Made by a program: the position numbers and the translations under genes. The notes below the pieces were generated by a model. The model ran no database searches. It saw only the letters and a list, made by a program, of their open reading frames with translations, and was not told where the DNA came from. A stretch of DNA of 26,527 nt. Source: a virus. Taxonomy: Duplodnaviria > Caudoviricetes. Where the stretch lies: the IMG/VR virus record IMGVR_UViG_3300017766_003993, positions 1-26,527 of that record. One strand, written 5' to 3'. Below are positions 1 through 8,626 of the stretch, one piece after another. Positions within the stretch are counted from its first letter, which is position 1, and each line of letters starts with the position of its first letter.

Positions 1-535
1 GCCCGGTGACGAACGTCGCCGTGGTGTTCACGATGTTGTCGACCAGCAGCGAGCCGATCACGTCCGCCGAGCGGGCCAGACGGAACGGCAGGCCGAGGCG
101 GTCGCCGATGCCGATGTTCACCGTCGACGCCGCCGCGCCGGGCGGGATCGTCACGCGGGTGACTTCCTTGAACGCCTTGACCCCGACCACAGCGGTGGTG
201 CCGTTGAGGGTGAAGTCCTCGATCATCGGCTGGCCGTAGACATCCTCGCCTTCCACCCGAACGACCTGAGTGTGAGCGGTGGTGCCGGCCACCATCGTGA
301 GGTTGCGGGCCACGTCGATGGCCCCGAGCCCGGAGGTCAGCACGACCGTCGAGTTCGTGAACGTGGTCACGCCGTTGGAAATGGCCGTCGCACTGGCCGT
401 CACCGGAACGCCGAGATCGACGAACTGCACCGTGGAAAGCCGGACTCCCGGGCCACCATCGGCCCGGTATCCAGACTGCTGCGCGTTGCCGGCGAAAACC
501 TCGTCGGCGCGCGTGAGCGTTGCTCTCTGCGTCAT
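1..535 (-). CDS. Virion structural protein, runs off the left edge (missing from the ORF track)
   Basis: ATG at 535 with GGAGG SD upstream; open to base 1: MTQRATLTRADEVFAGN...VRVEGEDVYGQPMIEDFTLNGTTAVVGVKAFKEVTRV. T/V/G-rich, directly downstream of the capsid gene. Confidence 0.75.
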   Translation of the reverse strand, partial: MTQRATLTRADEVFAGNAQQSGYRADGGPGVRLSTVQFVDLGVPVTASATAISNGVTTFTNSTVVLTSGLGAIDVARNLTMVAGTTAHTQVVRVEGEDVYGQPMIEDFTLNGTTAVVGVKAFKEVTRVTIPPGAAASTVNIGIGDRLGLPFRLARSADVIGSLLVDNIVNTTATFVTG

Positions 536-550
536 GGCTGATCCCTCCGT

Positions 551-1456
551 TTAGCCGCGACCCGCAACCGCAGTGCGCGGGTCCGACCAGCCGTTCGAGT
601 ACCGCTCGCGGGCGCGGAACCGCATGTTGCCCGAGTCGCTCTCCGGCAGCGCCTTCATCTTGACCGACGCACGAACGAAGTGCTTGAGGCCGTCGGGGAT
701 GTCGGTGTGCAGGAACCACGCGGTCGGGTTCGTGTAGTACGGCGACACGATGGCACCGGACGGGATCAGCGACATCTTGTTGATGACGTTGATGTCGTTG
801 TCCGAGGTCTGCGTGCGGTACGGCGAGTTCAGGATTCGCGCGATGACGAACTGAAGTTCGGTCGGCACGCTGATCTTGACCGCGCGGGCGGCGATGAACA
901 GGCCGGCTTCATCGCGGAATTCGCCGATGATGTTGATGGCCTGTTCGAGCGACGACTCCGCAAGCTGCGAACCGTCGAGCAGGTTCGAGAAGGTTTCGCC
1001 GTTCGCCAGCGGGTGCGCCGCCGAGAACAGGGCCTGCCCGTCGCCGCCCGTGAAGGACGAGTCGAAGCCGCGATTCAGGATCGCCGCGCACTTCACTTCC
1101 TTGGTTTCGCGGAGCGAGCGCGCAAGCTGCTTCGTGTACCGCTGCATCAGGTTGCCGTAGAGGTTGTCCTCCTGAGCTTCCTCGGTGATCTCGAAGCCGA
1201 GCGCGATGGTCTGGTGGATGTAACGCGAGGTGTAGACCTCACGGCCACGGTCGAACTTGATGCCCGCGCCTTCGCCCTTTTCCTCGGCATAGCCGAGCGG
1301 CTGCGTCATCACTTCTTCTTCGTAGCTGCGGCCGGAGTTGCTGACCTCGAAAATCTGCCGCCAGATTTCGGGGCGCGACTTGTATTCCATGCCGAGAACA
1401 GCGTTCAGGCCGGGAACAAGCTGCTTGGGGTTGATGGCGCGATTTGTGAGTGCCAT
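551..1456 (-). CDS. Major capsid protein
   Basis: 301 aa. KQLVPGLNAVLGMEY, SYEEEV, HQTIALGFEITEEAQEDNLY and RARERYSNGWSDPR are motifs of a widespread phage capsid family. AGGAG SD; head-module position. Confidence 0.9.
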   Translation of the reverse strand: MALTNRAINPKQLVPGLNAVLGMEYKSRPEIWRQIFEVSNSGRSYEEEVMTQPLGYAEEKGEGAGIKFDRGREVYTSRYIHQTIALGFEITEEAQEDNLYGNLMQRYTKQLARSLRETKEVKCAAILNRGFDSSFTGGDGQALFSAAHPLANGETFSNLLDGSQLAESSLEQAINIIGEFRDEAGLFIAARAVKISVPTELQFVIARILNSPYRTQTSDNDINVINKMSLIPSGAIVSPYYTNPTAWFLHTDIPDGLKHFVRASVKMKALPESDSGNMRFRARERYSNGWSDPRTAVAGRG

Positions 1457-1468
1457 GTCTGTTTCTCC

Positions 1469-2029
1469 TTAGACGCCGGCCGTGGTCTTGAGTTCGTGCT
1501 CGTTGATGAGCACGAGCAGCTTTGCGTTCGTGGTGACTTCGTTGATGTCGTCACGAACGTAGTCGTAGATGCGAACCTGCGCCGACGCGGTGGTGAACGT
1601 GGCGCTGTCCACTTCCGCTGTCGACAGGCCCGACGAGTTCACGCCGTTGGCGGTCAGGTCGGCGTTGGCACCGACGTTGGCCTCGGCGAAGCCGGCGCTC
1701 GCCTGCACGGCGAACAGGATGGCCGGGTCGTCGTAGATCAGGGCGACGGCATCGACCGAACCCTTGGTGACGGTGCCGCTGGTCCAGTTCGGCGCGTACT
1801 GCGGCTGGCCGGTGGAGTCGACCCACTCGACGCCAGCGAACACGCCACGGATCGCGTCGCCCGGGGCCGCAAGCTGGACGCGCTTGCCGGTTCCGGTGCT
1901 CTTGACGGGGGCACCATTCCCGATGTTTTCGGCCAGACCCGACGCGACTCGATAGGTTTCGAGCCGCATGTCGTTTCCGAACAGGTGTCGAACGGCGGTG
2001 AGGCCGGTCGGATTGTCGATGTTCGCCAT
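1469..2029 (-). CDS. Capsid-associated/decoration-type protein
   Basis: 186 aa, MANIDNPTGL...IRGVFAGVEWVDSTG...YDDPAILFAVQ. This type of gene typically precedes this capsid family. Confidence 0.7.
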   Translation of the reverse strand: MANIDNPTGLTAVRHLFGNDMRLETYRVASGLAENIGNGAPVKSTGTGKRVQLAAPGDAIRGVFAGVEWVDSTGQPQYAPNWTSGTVTKGSVDAVALIYDDPAILFAVQASAGFAEANVGANADLTANGVNSSGLSTAEVDSATFTTASAQVRIYDYVRDDINEVTTNAKLLVLINEHELKTTAGV

Positions 2030-2053
2030 GATGTTTTGCTCCGGCAGGGTTTG

Positions 2054-2599
2054 TTAGTCGTCGGCTTCGTCGTCCGGCGGCGCGGAGCGGAGTTCGGTGG
2101 AACTGCGCTTCTCGGCCACGAACAGGCGGTCGCCTTTGCGTGCGCTCTCAGCGGCAAGGCGTCTGTCGATTCGATCCTCCTGCTGCCCCGCGAGGCCGGC
2201 GTAGTAGGCGTCGCGCTGCCGCTTCATGCGGAGGGGAATCTTCATCAGCACCATGTCGCGGACCCCGATAAGGGTCTTGTTCCCACCGAATCGAGCATCT
2301 TCGATGGTTGGCGCGAAGTAGTCGCGCGGCACGTCCGCTGTCGTGGCGAACTGATACCCTTCGCGCAGTGCGCTGGCAACATTCTTGGTGTCATCCTACG
2401 CTCCCGACATCGAGCGAATCCAAGTGAAGTGCCACCCGGCCGGAGCAGGCGGGGTTTCGAGTACCTTCGGCGGCTGCCAATCCATGTTCGGAATCGGCAC
2501 CTCACCGCTGATTGCATCGTGGGCCTGTCCAGTTGGTGTGTCAATCTGGATCGTGTGCGAGATCGCTTGCTGTCTCGTCGCGTCTTTACGGTTTTCCAT
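2054..2599 (-). CDS. Conserved head-module protein interrupted by an in-frame TAG (2396-2398); readthrough gene or pseudogene
   Basis: ORFs 2396-2602 and 2054-2332 are in the same frame with one TAG between them: WQPPKVLETPPAPAGWHFTWIRSMSGA*DDTKNVASALREGY...IGVRDMVLMKIP...RDAYY. The ATG overlaps the scaffold TGA. Confidence 0.75.
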
Positions 2600-3480
2600 C
2601 ACAGGCCCTCTTTTCTCTTGTTGAATGCGTATTCCTTCAGGTGATCCTTGTTCTGAGGATCGAGCCCTGTCATTCGCATGATCTCGAAGTCGTCCTTGTT
2701 CAGACGAACCGAGCCCTTGCGTGCGGCCACGGTGCCGCGCGGGGCGGCGGTGTTCGGGACCGGCGTGGTCTGCCGGCGCGGGCCGCCGATGTCCTGCGGC
2801 GTCAGGCGCGTCTTGGCCGCGATGCGCTTGTTCATTTCTCGGTAGTAGGCCGGCGAGTCCGGGGACCAGCCTTCCTCGACGAGCGACCGGTCGATGGCGC
2901 GGGCGAGCAGGGACTCAGCCTCGAAGCCCTTGCGGTCGAACCACGAGGAATTGCGCGCCATCCACTCCTGCGCCGGGGCCGGCGGCTGGTAGCCGGCCTG
3001 CGCGGGCTGCTGCTGGCGAACGGCCGGAGCCGGGTCCTCGTCCGGGGTCATGTCGATGACGCGGCGATCCACCTTCAGATCGGTGAGCGCCTCGGTGGCT
3101 TCGAGGATCGCGTCGGCGTCGCCCGCCTCGGTGGCGGCCTTCAGCTTCGCCCGGGTCTGCGCGATCTTGCCGTCGATGTCCTGAAGCCGGGACTGCTTGC
3201 CCGCCTTGGCCGCGCGAACCTGCGCGTCGGTGAGGTAGCTCGTGACGCCGGAAAGCTGCTGTTCGAGCAGGGCGATTCGGCGGTCGCGCGGGTCCGGAGC
3301 CGGCGGCTCGTCGTCGTCGGCCGGCGGGTCGACCGGATCGGCCGGCGGCTCGGGGTCGCGGGCGGCCGGCGCGGTGGCCTTGGGCTCCCCGCCTTCGAGG
3401 TCGATCTCGATTTCTTCGGGGAGCAGGTTTGCGTCGTCATCGTCATCCAGATTGACGATGTTCGTGTATTCCTTCGGCAT
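2599..3480 (-). CDS. Head scaffolding protein (putative)
   Basis: 293 aa. Acidic/Pro-rich N-terminus, coiled coil, WMARNSSWF and EGWSPDSPAYY motifs, basic C-terminus; upstream of the capsid genes. Confidence 0.7.
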   Translation of the reverse strand: MPKEYTNIVNLDDDDDANLLPEEIEIDLEGGEPKATAPAARDPEPPADPVDPPADDDEPPAPDPRDRRIALLEQQLSGVTSYLTDAQVRAAKAGKQSRLQDIDGKIAQTRAKLKAATEAGDADAILEATEALTDLKVDRRVIDMTPDEDPAPAVRQQQPAQAGYQPPAPAQEWMARNSSWFDRKGFEAESLLARAIDRSLVEEGWSPDSPAYYREMNKRIAAKTRLTPQDIGGPRRQTTPVPNTAAPRGTVAARKGSVRLNKDDFEIMRMTGLDPQNKDHLKEYAFNKRKEGL

Positions 3481-3498
3481 TGTTGTTTGTCCGTTTGT

Positions 3499-3849
3499 TT
3501 AGATGTAGCCGCGAATCTCTTGCGCGTCATCCTCGGAAATGACGGCGATGATTTCGTAGTCGTTGCACATCTGGAAAACTCGGCCGTCCTTGGTGCGGAT
3601 CGGGACGCCGAACTTCCGCGAGGTCATCACCCACGCCCCCGGCACGATGTCGGCCGCATGGACCGCGTAGTCGTGACCGCCGGCCGTCTTGGTCTTGAAG
3701 GCCATCGGGCCAAGCTCGACCACCTTGCCGACCATCGTCAGCAGTTGCTCGCGTTCGAGCACGTCATCCGCGAGGATGATGCCGCCGGGCGACTTGGCTT
3801 CGGGCTTCTTGATTTCCAGAAGGACATTCCAGAAAAGCGGTTTAATCAT
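3499..3849 (-). CDS. GroES/Cpn10-like co-chaperonin
   Basis: MIKPLFWNVLLE...KSPGGIILAD (mobile loop)...GKVVELGPMAF...PGAWV...FG...NDYEIIAVI follows the Cpn10 pattern. Confidence 0.85.
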   Translation of the reverse strand: MIKPLFWNVLLEIKKPEAKSPGGIILADDVLEREQLLTMVGKVVELGPMAFKTKTAGGHDYAVHAADIVPGAWVMTSRKFGVPIRTKDGRVFQMCNDYEIIAVISEDDAQEIRGYI

Positions 3850-4048
3850 CTGAATCCTCTTTAAAGATTTTGTGATGTAGTTCTCGGATTAGTTCTGCGC
3901 TTCTTTGATATGCGCGAATTTCTCCAACCTTTTCCCTGTATGAGGGCCAGTCAGCGACGGCCCCACGGGAAAGAACAGTGCTGGCATCCGAAGCCCGTTT
4001 TTCGAGTTCGGATGCCAGTTTCAGCAGGCTATTGGCTGAGTCAGCCAA
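3842..4048 (-). CDS. Small hypothetical protein of the head module
   Basis: 68 aa, TTG start abutting the upstream stop; LSRGAVADWPSYREKVGEIRAY; overlaps the GroES-like start. Confidence 0.65.
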   Translation of the reverse strand: MADSANSLLKLASELEKRASDASTVLSRGAVADWPSYREKVGEIRAYQRSAELIRELHHKIFKEDSDD

Positions 4049-4159
4049 TTAGCAGCCGCTCTTGTTCTTCTTGTTGGTCGGCATCGGCATTCCGCCCTTC
4101 TTGCCCGGCATCTTGCCTTTCGGCATGCCGCCCTTCTTGCCACCTTCGTATCCCTTCAT
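4049..4159 (-). CDS. 36-aa Lys/Gly/Met-rich micro-protein
   Basis: MKGYEGGKKGGMPKGKMPGKKGGMPMPTNKKNKSGC*; fills the gap between neighbours exactly; GAGGA SD upstream. Confidence 0.6.
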   Translation of the reverse strand: MKGYEGGKKGGMPKGKMPGKKGGMPMPTNKKNKSGC

Positions 4160-4160
4160 G

Positions 4161-4391
4161 TCATTTCCTCGCGGGTTTGGGTTTGCCAACTAACTTCGCT
4201 CTTTCCTCATCGAGAACCGCCTCGATCTGCGCGGCTCTCGACTGCGGACCATCATAGAGCAGACCCAACAAATACAAAAGCTGTTGATAGTCCACTCCCA
4301 ACTCTTTGCTTGCGGCGTTGAATTTGCCGGCCGGGACGTGCTTGATCCCCCGGCTCCGCAGGAATGCGTTTGCCGCCGCGATCTCAGACAT
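4161..4391 (-). CDS. Hypothetical protein
   Basis: 76 aa; start overlaps the portal stop; GGAG upstream. Confidence 0.6.
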   Translation of the reverse strand: MSEIAAANAFLRSRGIKHVPAGKFNAASKELGVDYQQLLYLLGLLYDGPQSRAAQIEAVLDEERAKLVGKPKPARK

Positions 4392-6531
4392 TGACCGGCT
4401 CCGCTTCCGGCGGCGGCATCATCTGAGGCACGAGCGGCGGAAGCGGGTACTGCGCGGCCACGGCCTCGGGCGGCTGGCCGGTCTGCGCCGCCATCATGTC
4501 GATCATCCGCTTGTATTTGAACGCGGCGTGCTCGGCGATGTGCGCCAGCATCGCGGGCTCGATGGCCTTCTGCCCCTCGGGCGGCAGAGCCCGGGCGAAA
4601 TTCAGGTGCGCGCTGATGTGGGCGTCGTGCTCCTGATCCTCGAACGCCTTTACCGGCTTCGAGGTGAGCAGGTTCATGTTCTCGGAAACAGGGTCCATCG
4701 GCTCCGGTTCTTCCTCATCTTCTTCTTCCATGAAAAAGAGTTCGGGATTCGGAACCCTCATCGCCCTCATAAGATTGAGGTCGGCGAGCTTTCTTGCTTT
4801 CTTACCGTAGACTTCGGGATCGGCTCTGACAATCTGCTGTGCAGACTGAGCCATTGCGATACGCTGAGTGTTGCTTGTGATCGTCGGATCACTTACCGGC
4901 ATCACGTCGATGCGCGCGTCGAGATCGGCCTGAAGATCAGCGCCGCCTTCCACGGGATAGGGATACTGTTCATTAGTGATGATGAACAGTTCTTGCAAAA
5001 TCTTCAGTTCTGTGGCGAAAGCACGGTGAATGCGCTTGTGGATCGCCGAGAAAACCTTGCTGCCCTGCTCGATCAGCGCGAGGGTGGTGCCGACCGGGCC
5101 GGTGTTCGGGCCCTCGCCGACCATCGCCTCGGTCGTGCTGCTGAACCGCTGCGCCGACTCGATGAGCATTCTCATCGTCAGCATGAGGGTCTGGCTCGGC
5201 TCCTTGAACGGCGGGGTGTAGAACGCCTTTTGCAGTTCCTCCGGCGTCATTTCCACTTCCTTCCAGACGCCGTGCTCGATTTCGAGATCGACGCGCTTGC
5301 CGCCGCCCTGCTTGGCGACGAACCCGCCCTGAAGGTTGTTCAGCGCCGCCGCGTCGATGATCGAGCGCAGCATGCTGCCGGCGCTGGCCGCCAGATTGCC
5401 GAGGACGTGGTAGAGCCCGAGCCCGTAGAAGCCGAGTCCCTGAAGGTATTTGTAGCTGGCGAACCAGATGCGCTTCATCTTGCGCTGGTCGTCGATCTTC
5501 CAGTTTCGGTAGATCGACAAAACCTTGTTTGTTTGTTTTTCTATGGTGACGATGTACGGAAGCGCGATCTCGTCGGAGCCGAGGCTGTCGCCGTCGATCA
5601 TGATGTCGCAGTGCGCTTCGTACAGTTCCGGAACTTCGTCGGTCGACGACGATCCGGAGCGGCGGTCGGCTTCATCTTCCGCAGCTTTTTCTTCGTTCTT
5701 CTCGATGTGTCCGAAGTCAGAAGCGTTGAATTCGTACTTCTTGAAGTGACCGCTTGCCATTGACCGCTTGAGGTCGTTCAGCGGCATGTTGTAGCGGTGG
5801 ATGATGTATTCGGCGTCGGCGAGCGACGATGCCTCGTAGGGAACGAGCAGGTTGCCGGCGGTGACGAACCGGGCCTTGGCCTTGCCGGTGAGCGGGCACC
5901 TGAACAGCTTGCGGAAAACGTGGCCTTCGAGCGCGACGCGGAACATCATCTTGTCGCTGTCGTCGTAGTAGCCCTCGTCGACTTCGGTCAGGTAGTAGTT
6001 GAAGAACCCGGCGACGCGCTCGCCGCGCTCGATGACATCCATCGTCGCGTTCGGGATCGTCTTGGCCTTCACGGGGCCGGCGCTCGGGAAGAATTCCTCG
6101 ATGGCCCGACTCTGGAACTGCACGGCGGACTCGGCCACGAGCGGATGGGTGACGGTGGACGCGCCATCGAACGGCCGGTCGTCGGCGTCGAGCGTGGCGA
6201 TGCCGAGCGTTTCCATGCCCTTTTCGAGGCACTTGTACCAGTCGGCCCGGTCCTCGATGGCGGCGTCCGCCCACTCGATGATCTGGTTGGCGATCCGGTC
6301 AAGCTCGCGCTGGTCCAGCGTTTCGGCGAGGTTGGCGGTGAACTCCGCGTCGCTGGCCGGAGCCTCGTCGTCGTCCTCGCTCTGGCCCTCGTCGCCTTCC
6401 AGTTCGAGGATGATCCCCTCCTGAGCAAGCTCGGCGGCGAGCCCCGCCGGGCGGCTTTCTTCGAGGACGACCTCGATCTCAGTAGGCAGTGCTGCGGTTG
6501 CGACTTCGCTTTCTTCGGGCAGCCCGTTCAT
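4384..6531 (-). CDS. Portal protein
   Basis: 715 aa. FTANLAE, PFDGASTVTHPLVAESAVQFQSRAIEEFFPSAGPVK, GLGFYGLGL and PVGTTLALIEQGSKVFSAIHKRIH motifs; directly after the terminase. Confidence 0.9.
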   Translation of the reverse strand: MNGLPEESEVATAALPTEIEVVLEESRPAGLAAELAQEGIILELEGDEGQSEDDDEAPASDAEFTANLAETLDQRELDRIANQIIEWADAAIEDRADWYKCLEKGMETLGIATLDADDRPFDGASTVTHPLVAESAVQFQSRAIEEFFPSAGPVKAKTIPNATMDVIERGERVAGFFNYYLTEVDEGYYDDSDKMMFRVALEGHVFRKLFRCPLTGKAKARFVTAGNLLVPYEASSLADAEYIIHRYNMPLNDLKRSMASGHFKKYEFNASDFGHIEKNEEKAAEDEADRRSGSSSTDEVPELYEAHCDIMIDGDSLGSDEIALPYIVTIEKQTNKVLSIYRNWKIDDQRKMKRIWFASYKYLQGLGFYGLGLYHVLGNLAASAGSMLRSIIDAAALNNLQGGFVAKQGGGKRVDLEIEHGVWKEVEMTPEELQKAFYTPPFKEPSQTLMLTMRMLIESAQRFSSTTEAMVGEGPNTGPVGTTLALIEQGSKVFSAIHKRIHRAFATELKILQELFIITNEQYPYPVEGGADLQADLDARIDVMPVSDPTITSNTQRIAMAQSAQQIVRADPEVYGKKARKLADLNLMRAMRVPNPELFFMEEEDEEEPEPMDPVSENMNLLTSKPVKAFEDQEHDAHISAHLNFARALPPEGQKAIEPAMLAHIAEHAAFKYKRMIDMMAAQTGQPPEAVAAQYPLPPLVPQMMPPPEAEPVNV

Positions 6532-8563
6532 CTTCTTCCTCGTCGTCGTGCCACTGTGTTGCGATGTTGCCCCGCACCCTCAGGTGGGCCAGCGCCAGAC
6601 CGACACACCCGTATAGCGCCTGATCGTCCCCATGAGGGAACCGCGCTAGTCTAGCGCGCAATTTGTTCCCCGCTGGTGAGTTTCTGACCCATCCTACTCC
6701 CTGCCGCAGAACGGACGATCCGACTGCGACAACATCCTCGACCTTCTCGAAAGCCGCCTTCCTCACCAAGAGATTGCGCACTCCACGCAAATCCTTCAGA
6801 AGAATCGAGGCTCTTGCTGGAATGTAGAAATAATCAGGCTCGTACAGCTTCCAAAGGCTTTCGGCACTTTCGAGGAAGTTGTAGACGCCTTCTCCGGTTA
6901 TGCACCGAAGAATCATCATGTGAGCGATGTCTTTTGTTTCGTTGATCGACTTCTTTGTGTCGATGTCCGGAACGAACACTCCACATGCAGCGATGGCCCA
7001 CTGTTCATCTTCGTGCCATGCGTACAGCGTGATGTAATTCATGTCTGGCAGAGACTCGGCCTTCGGCTTCAGCTTGACCGGCTTGAAGCGCCAGACTCTC
7101 CACAAGTCGGCATCCATGAGTCCGTTTTCAACGGGCTCGCTGAATGTAATGGCAAGAGCGTCCGCGATGTTCGGGCTATTGTGCCCGCGCTCTTTCGCGT
7201 CCTCCTTGCTCTCGATCTGTAGCTGACCGTTAGGTTTGTATTTGTATTTGAATACAGAAAGCTCGCTTCGGAGTAGCTGGTCGTCAGGAATAGAGGCATC
7301 CCCGAGCCACTCCCTCATTCCGTCGTAGCACTCGGCGCGCTTGTTGGCGTACCGCTTTTCCTCGATGGCCGTCCGCCGGAAGTCGACCCCGCGCACGCCC
7401 GGGAACCGCTGTTCGAGAATGCCCTTCAGGTGGTAGCCGACGCCGATCACGTCGATGAACGTCGCGTCCGGCTTCAGCTTCTCGATGATCTTGCCGACCA
7501 TGCCGGCGGCGTGGGACGGCTCGCGCTCGTTGATGAGCCAGCGCCCGAGGAACTTCTTGCCCTTGCGCGCGATCACCGCCGTGGGGTCAGTGCCGCCACC
7601 GCCCGGGTCGACGCCGACCACGAGCGGGCCGTCGGGCTCGCGCTCGCGCTGGACGGCCGCATCCACCACGTCGGGAGTGATGAAGGCTCCCTCGGCGTCG
7701 CTGAACACGTCGGCGACGGACATCGGGTACTCGCGGCGGAACAGGCGCTCGCCGTCGGCACCGTAGCTGGCGATCTTCTTCCGCCGCCAAGCAAGGTTCC
7801 GCTCGGTTAGTCGCGGATACGTCGACAGCATTTTCTTTTCTTCTTCCGTCAGAACGATTTGCTCGTTGCTGGCGTATTGAGGTTCGAGCCACCATTCGAG
7901 GAACACAAGCTCGAAGTCAGATGTCCCGGCTATAGCTGCCATGCACTGCGAATGGAACCAGTCGCCCGGGCCGTTGCCGGTCGACTCAATCCAAATTTCG
8001 GTGCCGTCCACGTCGGCGACACCCGTCATCAAGCCTCGGGCGATTTCGGTCGGGTTGTCGTAGTAGGCGGCTTCCGACAGGTGGAGGTACTGCGGCGTGA
8101 ATCCTCGACCGATGTTCTTGGAGCCGGCGGTTCCTACGGCGTAGCCTGAGTCGAGCGAGTCGAACGAAAGCTCTTTCGCGCTGTTAGTCGAAGCCTTCGG
8201 AACCAAATCTCTCGGAGCGTTTGTGTAGAAACGCTCCGCCATTTCAAAGATTTCGTCGGTCGTACCCTGATCGTGGGCCGCGACGAATGCCTTGACGCCT
8301 TTGATTGTTGTGATCTGATTGAAGAATCTGCCCTGAACATACGTCGATGTTCCGGTTTTTCTTCCTTTCGCAACGATGATGCGGACTCGTCCTTTCGTGC
8401 GAAGCTGTCTTTCGGCTACTTCGTGAAGTTTCTTCTGCTGCTCGCTGAGAACAAACGGCACGAGGCCGCCCTGAGGCGGCTTGAGTTTCAGTACGCTTTC
8501 GGCGTAGAAACTGAAGTCCGTTGCGAGGCGTTGGAGAACCTCTAATTTCTCTTGCGTCAGCAT
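6479..8563 (-). CDS. Terminase large subunit with an extra C-terminal degenerate nuclease-like domain
   Basis: 694 aa from ATG 8563. Walker A KGRKTGTST, Walker B LHLSEAA, coupling motif ESTGNG, nuclease motifs VVGVDPGGGGTD and SPNIADALAITF, then about 210 extra residues. Confidence 0.9.
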   Translation of the reverse strand: MLTQEKLEVLQRLATDFSFYAESVLKLKPPQGGLVPFVLSEQQKKLHEVAERQLRTKGRVRIIVAKGRKTGTSTYVQGRFFNQITTIKGVKAFVAAHDQGTTDEIFEMAERFYTNAPRDLVPKASTNSAKELSFDSLDSGYAVGTAGSKNIGRGFTPQYLHLSEAAYYDNPTEIARGLMTGVADVDGTEIWIESTGNGPGDWFHSQCMAAIAGTSDFELVFLEWWLEPQYASNEQIVLTEEEKKMLSTYPRLTERNLAWRRKKIASYGADGERLFRREYPMSVADVFSDAEGAFITPDVVDAAVQREREPDGPLVVGVDPGGGGTDPTAVIARKGKKFLGRWLINEREPSHAAGMVGKIIEKLKPDATFIDVIGVGYHLKGILEQRFPGVRGVDFRRTAIEEKRYANKRAECYDGMREWLGDASIPDDQLLRSELSVFKYKYKPNGQLQIESKEDAKERGHNSPNIADALAITFSEPVENGLMDADLWRVWRFKPVKLKPKAESLPDMNYITLYAWHEDEQWAIAACGVFVPDIDTKKSINETKDIAHMMILRCITGEGVYNFLESAESLWKLYEPDYFYIPARASILLKDLRGVRNLLVRKAAFEKVEDVVAVGSSVLRQGVGWVRNSPAGNKLRARLARFPHGDDQALYGCVGLALAHLRVRGNIATQWHDDEEEDERAARRKRSRNRSTAY

Positions 8564-8573
8564 TCCCGTACTC

Positions 8574-8602
8574 TTGTAAAGGGCTTTACGATGCCCTACA
8601 CT
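8574..8602 (+). promoter_or_regulatory. Sigma70-type promoter for the replication module
   Basis: TTGTAA-N17-TACACT; overlapped by the inverted repeat GTAAAG-GG-CTTTAC. Confidence 0.6.
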
Positions 8603-8626
8603 ACCCCCCACCCAACAGGAGCGACC

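Noticed and set aside
680-2644. Long plus-strand ORFs opposite the structural genes (also 2512-3864, 4306-5763, 5797-6654)
   Set aside because: Antisense shadows of GC-rich genes with clear motifs on the other strand; no recognisable domains.
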